A stretch of 63,177 nt of DNA, filler included, from Atractiella rhizophila (taxonomy: Eukaryota): NCBI GenBank assembly GCA_021432655.1. It is 3 parts of 3 records of this genome, joined end to end, with 100 filler letters (N's around TTAATTAATTAA, not from the genome) between each part and the next. Parts side by side here need not be neighbours in the genome. Positions count along the whole stretch, not along the records: positions 37,424 to 63,177 come from MU271520.1; 2 more parts are not named here. One strand, written 5' to 3'. Of the stretch, positions 51,646 to 62,087 are shown piece after piece. The stretch's first letter is position 1. Each line of letters begins with the position of its first letter. A program made the position numbers and the translations under genes. The notes beneath the pieces are model-generated. The model was not told the DNA's origin and did no database searches. It saw only the letters and a list, made by a program, of their open reading frames with translations.

Positions 51646-53142
51646 ATGTCCAAATCTGACTCTAACAATCCCAAGATGTCGATGCGTCGTCCAGCCGTCG
51701 AAGACTCCTTCGATTCTCGCTCTGGCCCTCCGCCCCCCGCTTATACCATGCAGCACAATACCCCCTATCCTCAGTCTCCGACGAGCGCAGGAGGCGCATA
51801 TCCGCCAGCTGGTAGTCAGCAGTATCCGCCTCAGGGATCACAGGCTTATCCTCCCCCCGGTGCTGCTGGAGGACCGCCTCCACAGGGTGCGAGTGTGCAG
51901 AGGGGAGCGAGTAGATTGGGAGAGGATCAGTTGGCTACGCGTGCGTTTTTGCTCTTGGAACTGCATGTGGGTGTGGAGCGTTAGTCTGATGCATTATTTT
52001 GTGCGGATGTTGGTTGGGATAGTGAAGCGATATGACACCGTTATCCTTGTCGATGATTCTGCCAGCATGGATCCTTATTGGGACGTGCGTTTATCTCCAG
52101 TTCTAATTTGGGGATGGAGTCAGAGGTCTGACTGAGAGAGAAGCAGGAAGTTAGACAGGCGATAGATGGTGTAGTAGCTAAAGTCATTCAATATGGTAAG
52201 TCTCTTCCAGCCATCTCCAAAACTACCTGCTTATTATTCCACTCATGGCGCGCAGATGTTCGTCATCTCTCTTCTTTCAGTGCATTAACAATTTCACTTT
52301 CGATTATTTATGCATGTCTTTCGTAGGACGATGGGATCGACCTCTACTTTTTAAATTCACCCATGAACCTCCAATCCGTTCGCTCACACCAAGCCGTCTC
52401 TCAACTCTTCTCTCAAGTCCGTCCCATCGGTGCATCAACGCGTTAGTGGCTACCCTCTTTTAGTCGAATCCACTTCTTTTGGCTCATTATCAACATTGCT
52501 TCTGCTCGGTTGGGGAAACAGCGACAGAGGTGAAAGTCGAGGAGATCCTCGGACCTTACGTAGATGCGGTGGAGTACGCCAAGAAGACAGGAGGACATCC
52601 CGTCAAGAACCTCAATCTGATAATCATCACCGGTTCGTGTTTCCCACCTCTTACCCTCCTACTTTTTGTGATGTACGTTGATTTGGGAATGAAGATGGAG
52701 CAGCAGACGACCCTGATACTCTCAACTACGCACTGGCTGGCTTTGCAGAGCGACTCGACCTCATCCACGCCCCACTCACACAGCTTGGCATTCAAGTATG
52801 TCACCCTACGTCTCTCACCTTCACCTTGCCTCGCTCCCTTCTCACACCTCATCCTGACGCATTTTCTTTCTATTGTTGACATATGATTTGAACAGTTTGT
52901 GCAAATCGGCAACGATCCAGAAGCGACTGAGTTCTTGAGAAGCCTCGATGATGAGTTGAAACAGACTCATGGACTCAAGAGGGACATGGTTGATTGTACT
53001 ATGTATCCTGGACATATTACTGGAGACTTTATTATCAAGGTCTGTCTTCAATCGTCCAAAACAATTTCGAGTTTTGATGTGATATTATTGGGAATAGACG
53101 CTCATTGGAGGTATCAATCGGAGGGTGGATAGAGGCGCTTAG
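51646..53142 (+). CDS. von Willebrand factor A (vWA) domain protein with Pro/Gln/Tyr-rich N-terminus
   Basis: YDTVILVDDSASM (MIDAS DxSxS), DDGIDLYF, NLIIIT|DGAADD, QLGIQ|FVQIGNDPEATEFLRSLDDEL, RDMVD, LIGGINRRVD. Confidence 0.87.
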
Positions 53143-54014
53143 GTCGTTTTGTTCTATCATGGAAGACTTGCAAGAAAAAGATTGTGGATGAGAACGTGGA
53201 CTTGGGCGAATGTGATATTCTCTATAGTACTAAGCAAGTATTGGTTGTGAAATGTATTATCCAACAAATGTACACAAACGGTCCACTGCTCCAGCACCTA
53301 TCAGCTGGTCAGAACCTATCCTCCTGTCGCTCTCCCGACTCTGACGTTTCTCGCTTTCCCGACATGGGTTCCTTAATCTTGCAGGCCCGGGCATCGATTC
53401 ATCTCAATCTTATTTATCTTTCTATCAACTGATAGATTCGAAGCGACGTTTCCTCATCTTCGCGTCAATCCCAAGAAGGGGGTCTCAGAAACAGAAACAG
53501 CGATAAGTTTCCAAAAGACGTCCCGGGGACAGAGTTCGAAGCAGACGTTGACATGATCGACGAGTGAATTGCTTATCTGTGACAGTTTGAGGTATTCGAG
53601 TGCCCAATTGCACTCCATCCTTGCCCAAGCTCAGCCAAAATGAGAAGAAATGAAAGAATTCAGAAGTTCTTTGGAATTCAGATTCCAATTGCCTGGCGGA
53701 GATGAAAAGATTGTGGATGAATGGACGATAACCGAGATAAGGTCGAATGTACGTACATGCTCAGATCCGGGGGTCCTGCCCGCTTTTTTGCGCCTCTTCC
53801 GCCTCGAACTTTGCAACGAAAACGACGACGCCTCCATCGATATCTCTCCCAAACCATCTCATCTCCCATCTATACTTCGACGCTCCTCTCCCCCTCATAA
53901 ACCCTTTCTTCCCCTACTCTTCCTTTTCCAAGCTCCTCAGACGACCTCATAACAACCGCACCGCACGATTTGAAACGTCGATTTTTGAGCTTTTGCGAGT
54001 GAAGATTGTTCAAT

Positions 54015-54836
54015 ATGCCTGGAGTCGAAGAAAAACCGAGACTTACGCCGTCTGGAAAGCCTATTGGACCTAGAACGAGGAGAATCGCTATTATGGGCTC
54101 GAGAGCAGTCGGTGAGTCGGCTCATGACTTGTTCCTCCTCTCTCGGGATTGTGGTTGTGGCGGCATGCTGATGCGTGATTTGTTTTGTTTGTCCTCTGCG
54201 TCGGCAGGTAAATCCTCCATTTCTGGAAGATTCGTAGAAGGTCTCTTCGTCGATAATTATTACCCAACAATCGAACAAACTTTGAATAAGACCATCAAGT
54301 ATAAGGGTCAGGATTACGCGTTGGAGATTTACGACACGGCTGGACATGTATGTATTCAGCTCGTCAAATAAGCAGAGATACTGAACCGAGTGATGCAGGA
54401 TGAGTATACGATTCTTCAGAATCGACAGGCGGTCGGTTTCCATGGTTGGATAATGTGCTATGCAGTGGACAACCCGAATTCTTTCAAAGTCGCCCAACTC
54501 ATCAAACAGAAGATTTCAGACTTCACCGGGCGCGATTCTTTCCCCATGATCCTCGTCGGAAACAAGTGCGACCTCAATCAGGCTCGGTGAGCACTTTTTC
54601 GCCACCTCATCTGGTGTAAGTGAAACGGCACTGACATTACCGGCATTCGGTTGAACAGACAAGTATCGCCCGAGCAAGGACAGGAACTGGCTAAAAAGTT
54701 GCATTGTCCTTTTATCGAAACGTCGGCCAAAACGAGCGAGAACGTGAACAGAATCTTTGAGTTCATAGTTCAAGAAATGGAGAAAGAGCTCAATCCGGAC
54801 CAACAACCGCAGGAGTCCAAATGCACCATTTCATAA
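54015..54836 (+). CDS. RHB1: Rheb family small GTPase
   Basis: IAIMGSRAVGKSS (Rheb-specific Arg in G1), YYPTIE, DTAGHDEY, VGNKCDL, ETSAK, CAAX box CTIS. Three introns. Confidence 0.9.
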
Positions 54837-56203
54837 ATGACCCACTTCATCGACCACCATCTCATTCACTCGATCCACACGAAGCATTCCGTGCCTCATC
54901 TTATCATTCATCCTCTCCAATCTCAATCCCATTCACCCACCACCTACCGAACAACGAACGATTCGGATTTCTCTTCTAGCCTCTCTTGCCTCCATTATCC
55001 GTAGCTCTGTACTTTGTCTGATTTTCAAATCGACCCAAATCAAATGGGTGCCTTGGAGTGCTTGATTGGAGGGTGTTTTGCCGGTTTCTTCTCTTCTCCA
55101 TCGAATTTAGTGTCCCATCCTCCTCAAGCCTGCATGATGCATCTCCGACCCATTCTCCTCCTTATTTCCACTCACATCCAATTTAACAGTTCGATTTTCG
55201 TTGTATGAATAGACTGCTTTCAGATAGAAGTTCAGATAGTCGTTGGTGAAGGACGATACGCGCATTTATTCCCTCCACCTCCACCTCTCCTCCCAAACCA
55301 ACTTTGTTCCTTTTTATTCTTTCTCCTTCCCACTTTGGATTTTTCCTTCGTCTCTGCCTTTCAGATTTGTGCGACTTTCAAATCTAACCCTCTACCTCTA
55401 ATAGACTCAGCGTTGTCTCGGGATTCTCTTCTTTTGGGCCTGTCTGGGTCGAATCGTCTGATTCTGCCGTTTGAAAAACCTCTCTCCTCTCTACTCAGCG
55501 TAACTTAGGGCTGGTGATTGCATTGAAATCTATTCTGAATTTAAACATATTTGACCATCGCCGCCACTGAAGCTACTTGAACTGAAATAGTTGCAATGAA
55601 AGACCAGAAACATGAAGGAGGGTGTAAACCCGCACCTGCACTATTGAGGAGAGTTCTTTTCTTAGGACACATCCTCGTTGAGTGGCTCCTTCATGAAGAG
55701 AACTCGGAGAGGAGAAAGTCTAGGACTGAATATGATAACTTCTCGCGCGTGAAGAGATGTTAACGTGGGCCAGCTCAGAGAAGTAGGCATGATCATACAC
55801 TTCCGACTAAGGAACCTCCTGGCCCTGTGCAGAAAAGCCAAGTCTTTCATGCCTCGAAACTACGGGCACAGGAAGTAGTGATTGTGAACTTGTGTAAATC
55901 GATGCAAAGGCGTTCTTTGGCTGCCACGCCATAACTTAGCTCGATATCCGTGTCGAAGGAGTTGTGAGCTGACCTTTAAAGTTCTTGGCTGTGCATAGTC
56001 AGGAATCCGCTGGCGCACAGTACGTTTGGAAAATACGACCACGGAGCTTTCGCAGTTCGGAAGTAATTACTTAGGACGCGGCTGTAACTCTCAACATAAA
56101 AGGACCAAGAGGACATCCATACCTCCTCCATCCATTTCTCTCACGAACCAGCACCCTCTAACCCCCCTTACGACTCCATTTCTCCTCCGAATACATTACG
56201 AAA

Positions 56204-57227
56204 ATGAGTAGACACTTTCTGTTTTGGTGCGCCTCTCCTTCCTTTGTTGGTATCAATGGAAACTGTGTTGAGAGGAAATGTGGGATGGAACAGTCTCCCC
56301 GTCCGATTTGGAGTGTTTATCCTATCCCTGTTCGGATTCTTGGGTAATGCCCTGACGGCCTTTGGAATCTTTTTCCAGCTTCGACGTGCGTTGCTTCCCT
56401 GCCCGCCAAGAGAAGGTCTCATTTTGCTTCGGTGACAGGTCTGGATAGCCCACCGAAAAGCATCCTCATACCAGCGATTGTGTATGGATCAATTGCTGCC
56501 ATCTGTTCATTGCTCTCCTTGCTCGGATTCTTCGGCTCCATCTTCAGGAACAGGCGCCTCGTGAAGGCGTTTGCTTGGGCTCAAACTGTAAGCATTTCTT
56601 CATCCCTTGGCATATGGCCGTGGCTGACATTTTGTGGTTGAAAAGTACCAATTGGGAGTTTACATCGCTACTGGCGTCTTTTACATCGTTTTCCTGTTCA
56701 CTAACCGTGACAAGATCGAACGCGACTGGTAAGTCTTGTCCTTGTCACCGTCTCAGCAATCTGTACAGAGCTGACTGTGGTGCAGCTTGAAGGCGCTCGA
56801 CAAGGTCGACAATGCCGACGACATTTGCCACGACCTGTCCTCCACGAACCGCTACATCTTCCTCGCCGTCTTCATCCTCCAAATCTTCATCCAATTCTAC
56901 CTCATCCACATCACCCGTTCCTACGTCCGACAACTCGAAGAGACCTCCTACAAGGCGCTTCAAACCTCCCGCGGCTTCCCGACCAGCACCTTGTTCGGCA
57001 ATCAACCCCGTTCCTCCGTCTCTGGTGATCGCGTCCCTGCTACACCGTCAGGTCCGATGCCTAGCTATCACCCCATTATGAACCCTGGCGCTAATAGCTC
57101 CAGGACCGGATTGGTCACTGGGGAGAGGAAGGAGCATTATGGCGATGAGAAGGACGATTTGGAGAGGGCTGATGACGATGGACCGTACTCGTCCCCTTAC
57201 CAGGTCCCGTACACCGATAAGCATTGA
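56204..57227 (+). CDS. fungal four-TM (tetraspanin-like) membrane protein
   Basis: MSRHFLFC|LPVRFGVFILSLFG, SLLGFFGSIFRNRRLVKAF, lumenal Cys pair, IFLAVFILQIFIQFYLIHITRSYVRQL. Confidence 0.75.
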
Positions 57228-57640
57228 AGAAGAGCTGGCAGGTAAGGAAGCAGAGTAGGATGGACGGAAGGGAATGGACTTTTACTGTGCGCTCGTGTCA
57301 GACGCTTTTTGTAGCTATACAACTAGGATGCAAGACTGTCATGCTCATTTTTCGTACACAGCGAACGAGTGAAACAGACACCCACATAATTTCCTTGCAT
57401 TAAGCTGCAGCATTTGTCTTGACTAACCCATTACGTTCAGTATCTCGCGCTCATCATAGACTGTGTTCGGGACCGCTTTCCATAGACAATCAACGCTACA
57501 TTTTGCAGTTTAGCAATCAAGTCATCGAGTACTCATCCCTGACGTCCTGACCACTCTCCAATGCTTTCTACGGCACTGTAACTGTGGGCTTTCGAAAACG
57601 CTGGACACGTCTCGCGTAATCGACGACTTTGGAGGCAGAA

Positions 57641-59177
57641 ATGGATTTGCCGCTCGTCTCTTCGTCCCTCCTCCACTTCACAACCAATACAGCCAGCGTA
57701 GGCTCCCTACTCTGGCTCTTATCTTCTTATGCTCGCCCTTCAACCGTTTCTTCGGCACAGGATGGAGGAGGAAGCGAGGGCGGAGTGCCAATTGCTCTGT
57801 TATTTGGGGTAATTACTTTGACTGCATGGGCTTTTAGCAGGCAAAAGGACGTGTACATGGCTGTGGAACAGAAGGTGGAGGGTGTATTGGGTCTCATTGT
57901 TGGCTTCCTTGCTGGGATTGGCGCTGTTCTGTCGTTGTGGAGCTTGGGAGCAAGTTCGGAGGGAAATGCTGCTATTTTGGCTGTTGAGGTGGGTTTTGCT
58001 CTTTGTCTTGCAATTGGGTCTTCGCTTGCTAGCAAAACATCTGTGAATATATATAAGACCATATCATGATGGATAATAGTTTGAGGCCGAACGAAGCTGA
58101 TGTTTGGTGGTGCAGCCTCCTCTCCTGCTGCTTCTCTCCCTCGTCCACTCCCTCCCACTCCTCACCTCCCTTTCCCGCCTCTCCCTCCTCGCAGTCGCCC
58201 TCCTGATCCTCCAAATTCCAACTTCACTCTCTCAAGAAGCATTCAAGGTCTTCTTTTCCAACTTCGGAATGCGCGTCGTTGGATTTGGGCTAGTATGGTG
58301 GAGCAAAGCAAATGGACTCAGAGGAAGAAGCGCGGTTGTATGTGAGATTGCTCCTCTCATCTTGTTTCCCTATCGCGCGGATACAAAGCTAATTGAGGCG
58401 AACGAAGACGGCAGCATGTACAGCCTTTCTTCTCTCTCTGTCATTCGAGCGGCCATCCCTCCACGGCTTCATTTTTCGCCTTTCCCTCCATGACGGCGTT
58501 TTGATGGGAACCTACGTTCTTTCCAGCTTGGCTTCAAGAGTGACCTATATATCTCTCTCTGACTTAGGATACAGTCAGCTACTACCTCCCCTCTCTTCAC
58601 TCTCGACGCTCGTTATTCTCACCTACCTGCGACTTTCTTCCTCCTTCTTGGCTTCGGTCGCAGGGTTCGCCATGGGCAGCTTCACCATCTACGCCCTAAC
58701 GGTTCTGTCTTTCACTCGCAGTTCCCATCCTTTCACACAATCCCAAATATCGAGTAGGCTCAGAAGTGTCGGAATGGGTGGGAGAGGGCATCAAGGAACG
58801 AGTTCACAAAGCAGCAGTGTAGAATTATTTGCACCGATCCCTGTCCAAAGTCATGGACAAGGACACATGAGGAATAGGAGCAAAGACAGCATGAGTTACA
58901 CCGTGGATGCGAGTGGATGGAACGAAGAGAGCGACGGAAACACACCCGTATCAGCCTTCGCCTTCTCCACCAACACCTCGCCCGCTTCCCAAGGGATGGC
59001 GATAATGACCCGCTCCCGCTCCGCAGGTTCCATCGCCTCCTCTCACTCCCCCGATCCGGTCTCGAAGCAACGAATCATCTTCCAGGCGCTTTGGAGCTTG
59101 GTGTATCTCTTCCTCCTCGTCCTCCCACATGCACCCCACCTCCGTGACCGTCTTCCCATCGCTTCCGTCCTCGATCC
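57641..59177 (+). CDS. 5' part of a multi-pass membrane protein whose frame continues into the mirrored segment (GT77-like domain)
   Basis: Hydrophobic exons ~57641-58042, 58116-58337 and ~58408-59177. A Ser-rich linker precedes TM IIFQALWSLVYLFLLVLP. The apparent stop at 59179 coincides with the mirror junction. Confidence 0.7.
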
Positions 59178-60240
59178 GTAGTAGTTTGAATCGCGGGTTG
59201 CTGTTCGACGAGAAGGAGAAGTTAGGGTGGAAGGAGGGGAGCGGGAGAGATTAGTTTCTGAGGTTTAGGGAGTGGGAGCGGCGTGACTGGCGTAAGAGGG
59301 AGAGGTTTGGGCGGTTGGACGGGGAGTTGACGCGGTTTTCGCTAGGGTTGCGGCGTAGGAGGAGAAGGAGGGTGGGTGGAAGGTGAGGGCAGGGCGGGGG
59401 GCAGGGTGAGGGTACAGGCGAAGGCGAAGGTGACACTCTCCTTTCGACCGCTACTGCTCCGCCTCCGCCTGCGTACCCGCTGCGCTCGGGTAGGCAGTTA
59501 GGACAGTGCAGGCCTTGGGCGTCTGCCGGAAAGGGCTCTACGCGCACGCTCTCCCTCCCGAGCACACAACAGCGCGCCCTCAACATCCCACGCTCTTCCC
59601 CGCCCCGCCTAAACCTCTAACTCCTCTACCACCTCAGCTGCAGCTCCTGCTGAGCGGCCGGACTGCTCCAACCAAAAACCTGCCACCTAACGTAGCCACC
59701 TCTCCCCTCCGAACCAACCCAACAAAAAGAAACTTACAACTCAAACCACGCTTCTACGGCCCACCACATACCCTACCAACCTGCATCCTCGGCTAAACTC
59801 GCGCCTCGGGTACTACCGAAGCTTGAGGGAGGACTCGAGAAAGCGAGCTAACAGGTAGAGGTAAGAGGTAGGGGTGGAGGAGGGGTGGAGGAGGGAAGAA
59901 GAAAGGTTGGTTTTGGAGTGGAGAGAATCGGCCACCCGGCGCCGCATCTTCGGTTCGAGAGACCTTTCAGGCAGTTCAAGGGTTAGGGGGGGAGGGGAGG
60001 GTTGGAAGTTGACATAGAGTAGGAGTCTGAGACTGTTGCCACGGACCCGTCAGACGAAGCCGGGTCTTCTTCTTCTTGCGAGCTACTCCGGTGGTCTTCT
60101 CTCAACCTCACGTACTACGGCTCCTACCTCGCCGGCCCCCCTGCTTCGCTCCACCCACCGCCTAACTCCCACCCTACCGGACCTACCTGCCTCCGCCTCC
60201 CTGCGTCGCAACCGCAGTAACCCTTGCCGCTGTACAAAAG
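59178..60240. CDS. hidden (mirror-read) partial gene, coiled-coil protein resembling fungal Cep57/Ppc89 spindle-pole-body proteins
   Basis: Mirror frame open from at least 59700 to 59178: RLRVPDVTGLTDGLASP...LLAQLRGRLAGLERENAVSAARVRDLESLI. Upstream part appears frameshifted. Confidence 0.5.
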
Positions 60241-60486
60241 CGACACCAGACCCACCAAGTGAGCAGGAGTTTAGGACGGAGTTTAGCAACCAGCAAGACT
60301 ACGCTTTAACAACAACAATAATGACACTCAGTGATTGCGCACTAGAACAGTGTACTAAATTGAAGTGGGTTCGTTACCTGTTTTTACCTCACTATCCCTT
60401 TCTTAATAATCCTAAGGAGATGCCAAATTATGTGTGTACGTTGAGGAGTTTTTTCGCTGTAACATGTTCTTTTCGCTTATGAGGTA

Positions 60487-62062
60487 GATGTCGAGGAGGA
60501 AGGAGGAGGCTGTGTCGAGGAATGTGGGGCTGTGGAAAAGGTGGAGGACCGTGTAGAGGTGGAGGCAGGAGGTGAGGTCGCCATAGAGGGTGACGGGTAT
60601 TGCCGAGGTGGCAGGGCGGCCCGGAAGTAGGCAGTGCTAGGAGTGCACAGAGGAAAGGGACTTGCAAAGGAGGAGGTTGGCTAAGAGTTCCATGCTGGTG
60701 TCGGTCTCACCGGCATCCAGGTATAGACGCCCAGCGTCCAGTCTCTCCAACCGTCACCATACAACCTCTATTAATCCGAGCTCCTCCCACTCCCATCCCG
60801 CCCTCTCCCTCTCCGCAAGCTCCAGCTACTGCCTGGTCTACTTCGCAGCCACCTCGGACTGGGGAACGGGGAGAAAGGGTAGCGGTGACTACTGTCAGTC
60901 TCGCGAGTCAAGCCCCAAACGCAGCAGACACGGCAGGAGCCCTCTCTACCCTCGCTCGTGCAGCCGCTTCTCCCCGTCCTCCTCTCGCGCCAGCGAAACC
61001 TCTCGCCGTCGCTGCTCGTCAACTTGACACCTAACCTAGAGCCGTCCACAAGGTCTCTCTCTCCGCTACCTCTCATACGCACCTCCCTCCTCATCATCCT
61101 AGGTTGCAGAACGGTCATCGGTATACGCCGCCGCTACTTCTTGAAGTTCTTGATTGAGTGTTTAGTCAGTGAAGGTCGTTTTCTAACGTTTCTCTTCCTC
61201 GCGTGTCATCAGAGCGTTGTTCAGTATACGTTAGGGTGCGGAAGAAGGGTGTGCTTGGTTGGGTATACAGGTGGGGTTTTTATGGATCCGAGTTCGTGGG
61301 AGTGAGAGTAGGGTAAGGAGGGGTACTTGAGGTAGCGGACGAGGCGGAGCAAAGGCGGAAGGTGAAGAGCAGGTCGAAGGCTGAAGTTGTGCAGTAAGTG
61401 TACCAGAACTAGGGTGGGCGGCAGGCGCAGCTCCGCCGCCTCCTGAAGCTGGGTCTCGCTAAACCTCTCCCCGCTTCCCCCCACCGACTTCTTAGGCTAC
61501 AACTGGGTGGCAGACACCGGAAGCAAGACCTAGACGTTTAGGGTAAAAGGAAGCAGCAGAAGGTACTATAGGGTACCCAGAGACATACTACATAGTTAGA
61601 AAAAGAAGAAGTACTTGTTCCCTCCTTTCTTGTTTGGAGAAGTCCTTCTTCAGAGGTAGTCGTTTCTGGTGGGAGGTTAGGAGGCGGTGGAGGTGGTTGG
61701 GCGAATAGAATCGGGATTGGCGAGCGGAGTAGACGAGGAGAAATAGGAAGCGGTGGAGGAGTATTAGGACGTTCTTTCGGGTTTGAGGGTAGAAAGGTGT
61801 GACAAGGTCTGTTGGAAGCAGATTTGTGTCTTGTTCGTCAAGGAGAGAGGGAGAGGGGCTTCGCACAAGCGACAAGTTCAACCTGTCTTTGTAGCTATCC
61901 ACCCTGCAGCGTACCCTTCGTATGTTACATAGCCGATGACAATCGGTGTTTCGTACCCAGGGGTGACAGCCCTACAATTGGTTGTCGAGTCAGTTTAAGC
62001 AGGGAGAGTAGACATAGCCGAACTGCGACAGTAACCCTCTGTTGCGCTCCCTTCGCAAGGTT
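60487..62062. CDS. hidden (mirror-read 62062->60487) nucleotide-diphospho-sugar transferase, GT77/Nucleotid_trans-like
   Basis: WNASLALSP...LWLTVADTLYA...LLVLCLDEGCLEQC...AKISGLVEVAEDWRVVFADGDFFLKRDPW...DLQIQNE...VNIGFF...WDQDHVNDVL...RVRVLEPRYF...LHMTCC...AYGYWQDVGSYY, then a 1-nt frameshift near 61085, then AALQSDRALLLP...CKELCRRRKEEL*. Confidence 0.82.
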
Positions 62063-62087
62063 NNNNNNNNNNNNNNNNNNNNNNNNN
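62063..62087. other. 25-N assembly gap
   Basis: Run of exactly 25 N between the mirrored segment and a duplicated segment. Confidence 0.97.

Larger units (their letters stand above)
46855..51996. repeat. tandem near-identical duplication 46855-49232 / 49233-51996, with a nested ~400-bp repeat (50533-50933 / 50936-51336)
   Basis: Both units begin agagccgactgtgagaagccgacaag and end ttagtctgatgcatt, with scattered SNPs and small indels. Confidence 0.93.
59178..62062. other. segment deposited reversed but NOT complemented (mirror-image sequence; probable gap-fill artefact)
   Basis: Six-frame ORFs here are uninterpretable. Reading the same strand right-to-left gives long coding frames, canonical GT...AG introns (61636->61582, 61205->61152) and an exact in-frame join to 59177. 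Confidence 0.93.

Noticed and set aside
46855..51996. LTR or other mobile-element repeats
   Set aside because: The repeats contain ordinary host genes. No transposase, RT or integrase motifs, terminal repeats or TSDs seen.
55400..56050. Possible decayed LRR-like fragment on the minus strand
   Set aside because: Only vague LxxLxL-like stretches interrupted by stops, with no nucleotide match seen to the local F-box family.
59251..62062. Six-frame ORFs in this interval (e.g. 60036-60482, 60600-61034, 61812-62399)
   Set aside because: They are by-products of mirrored sequence. The coherent genes appear only when the strand is read backwards.
59178..62062. A genuine biological mirror-DNA or unusual-polarity replication product
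   Set aside because: No known mechanism. Adjacency to a 25-N gap and a duplicated flank make an assembly error far more likely, pending raw reads.
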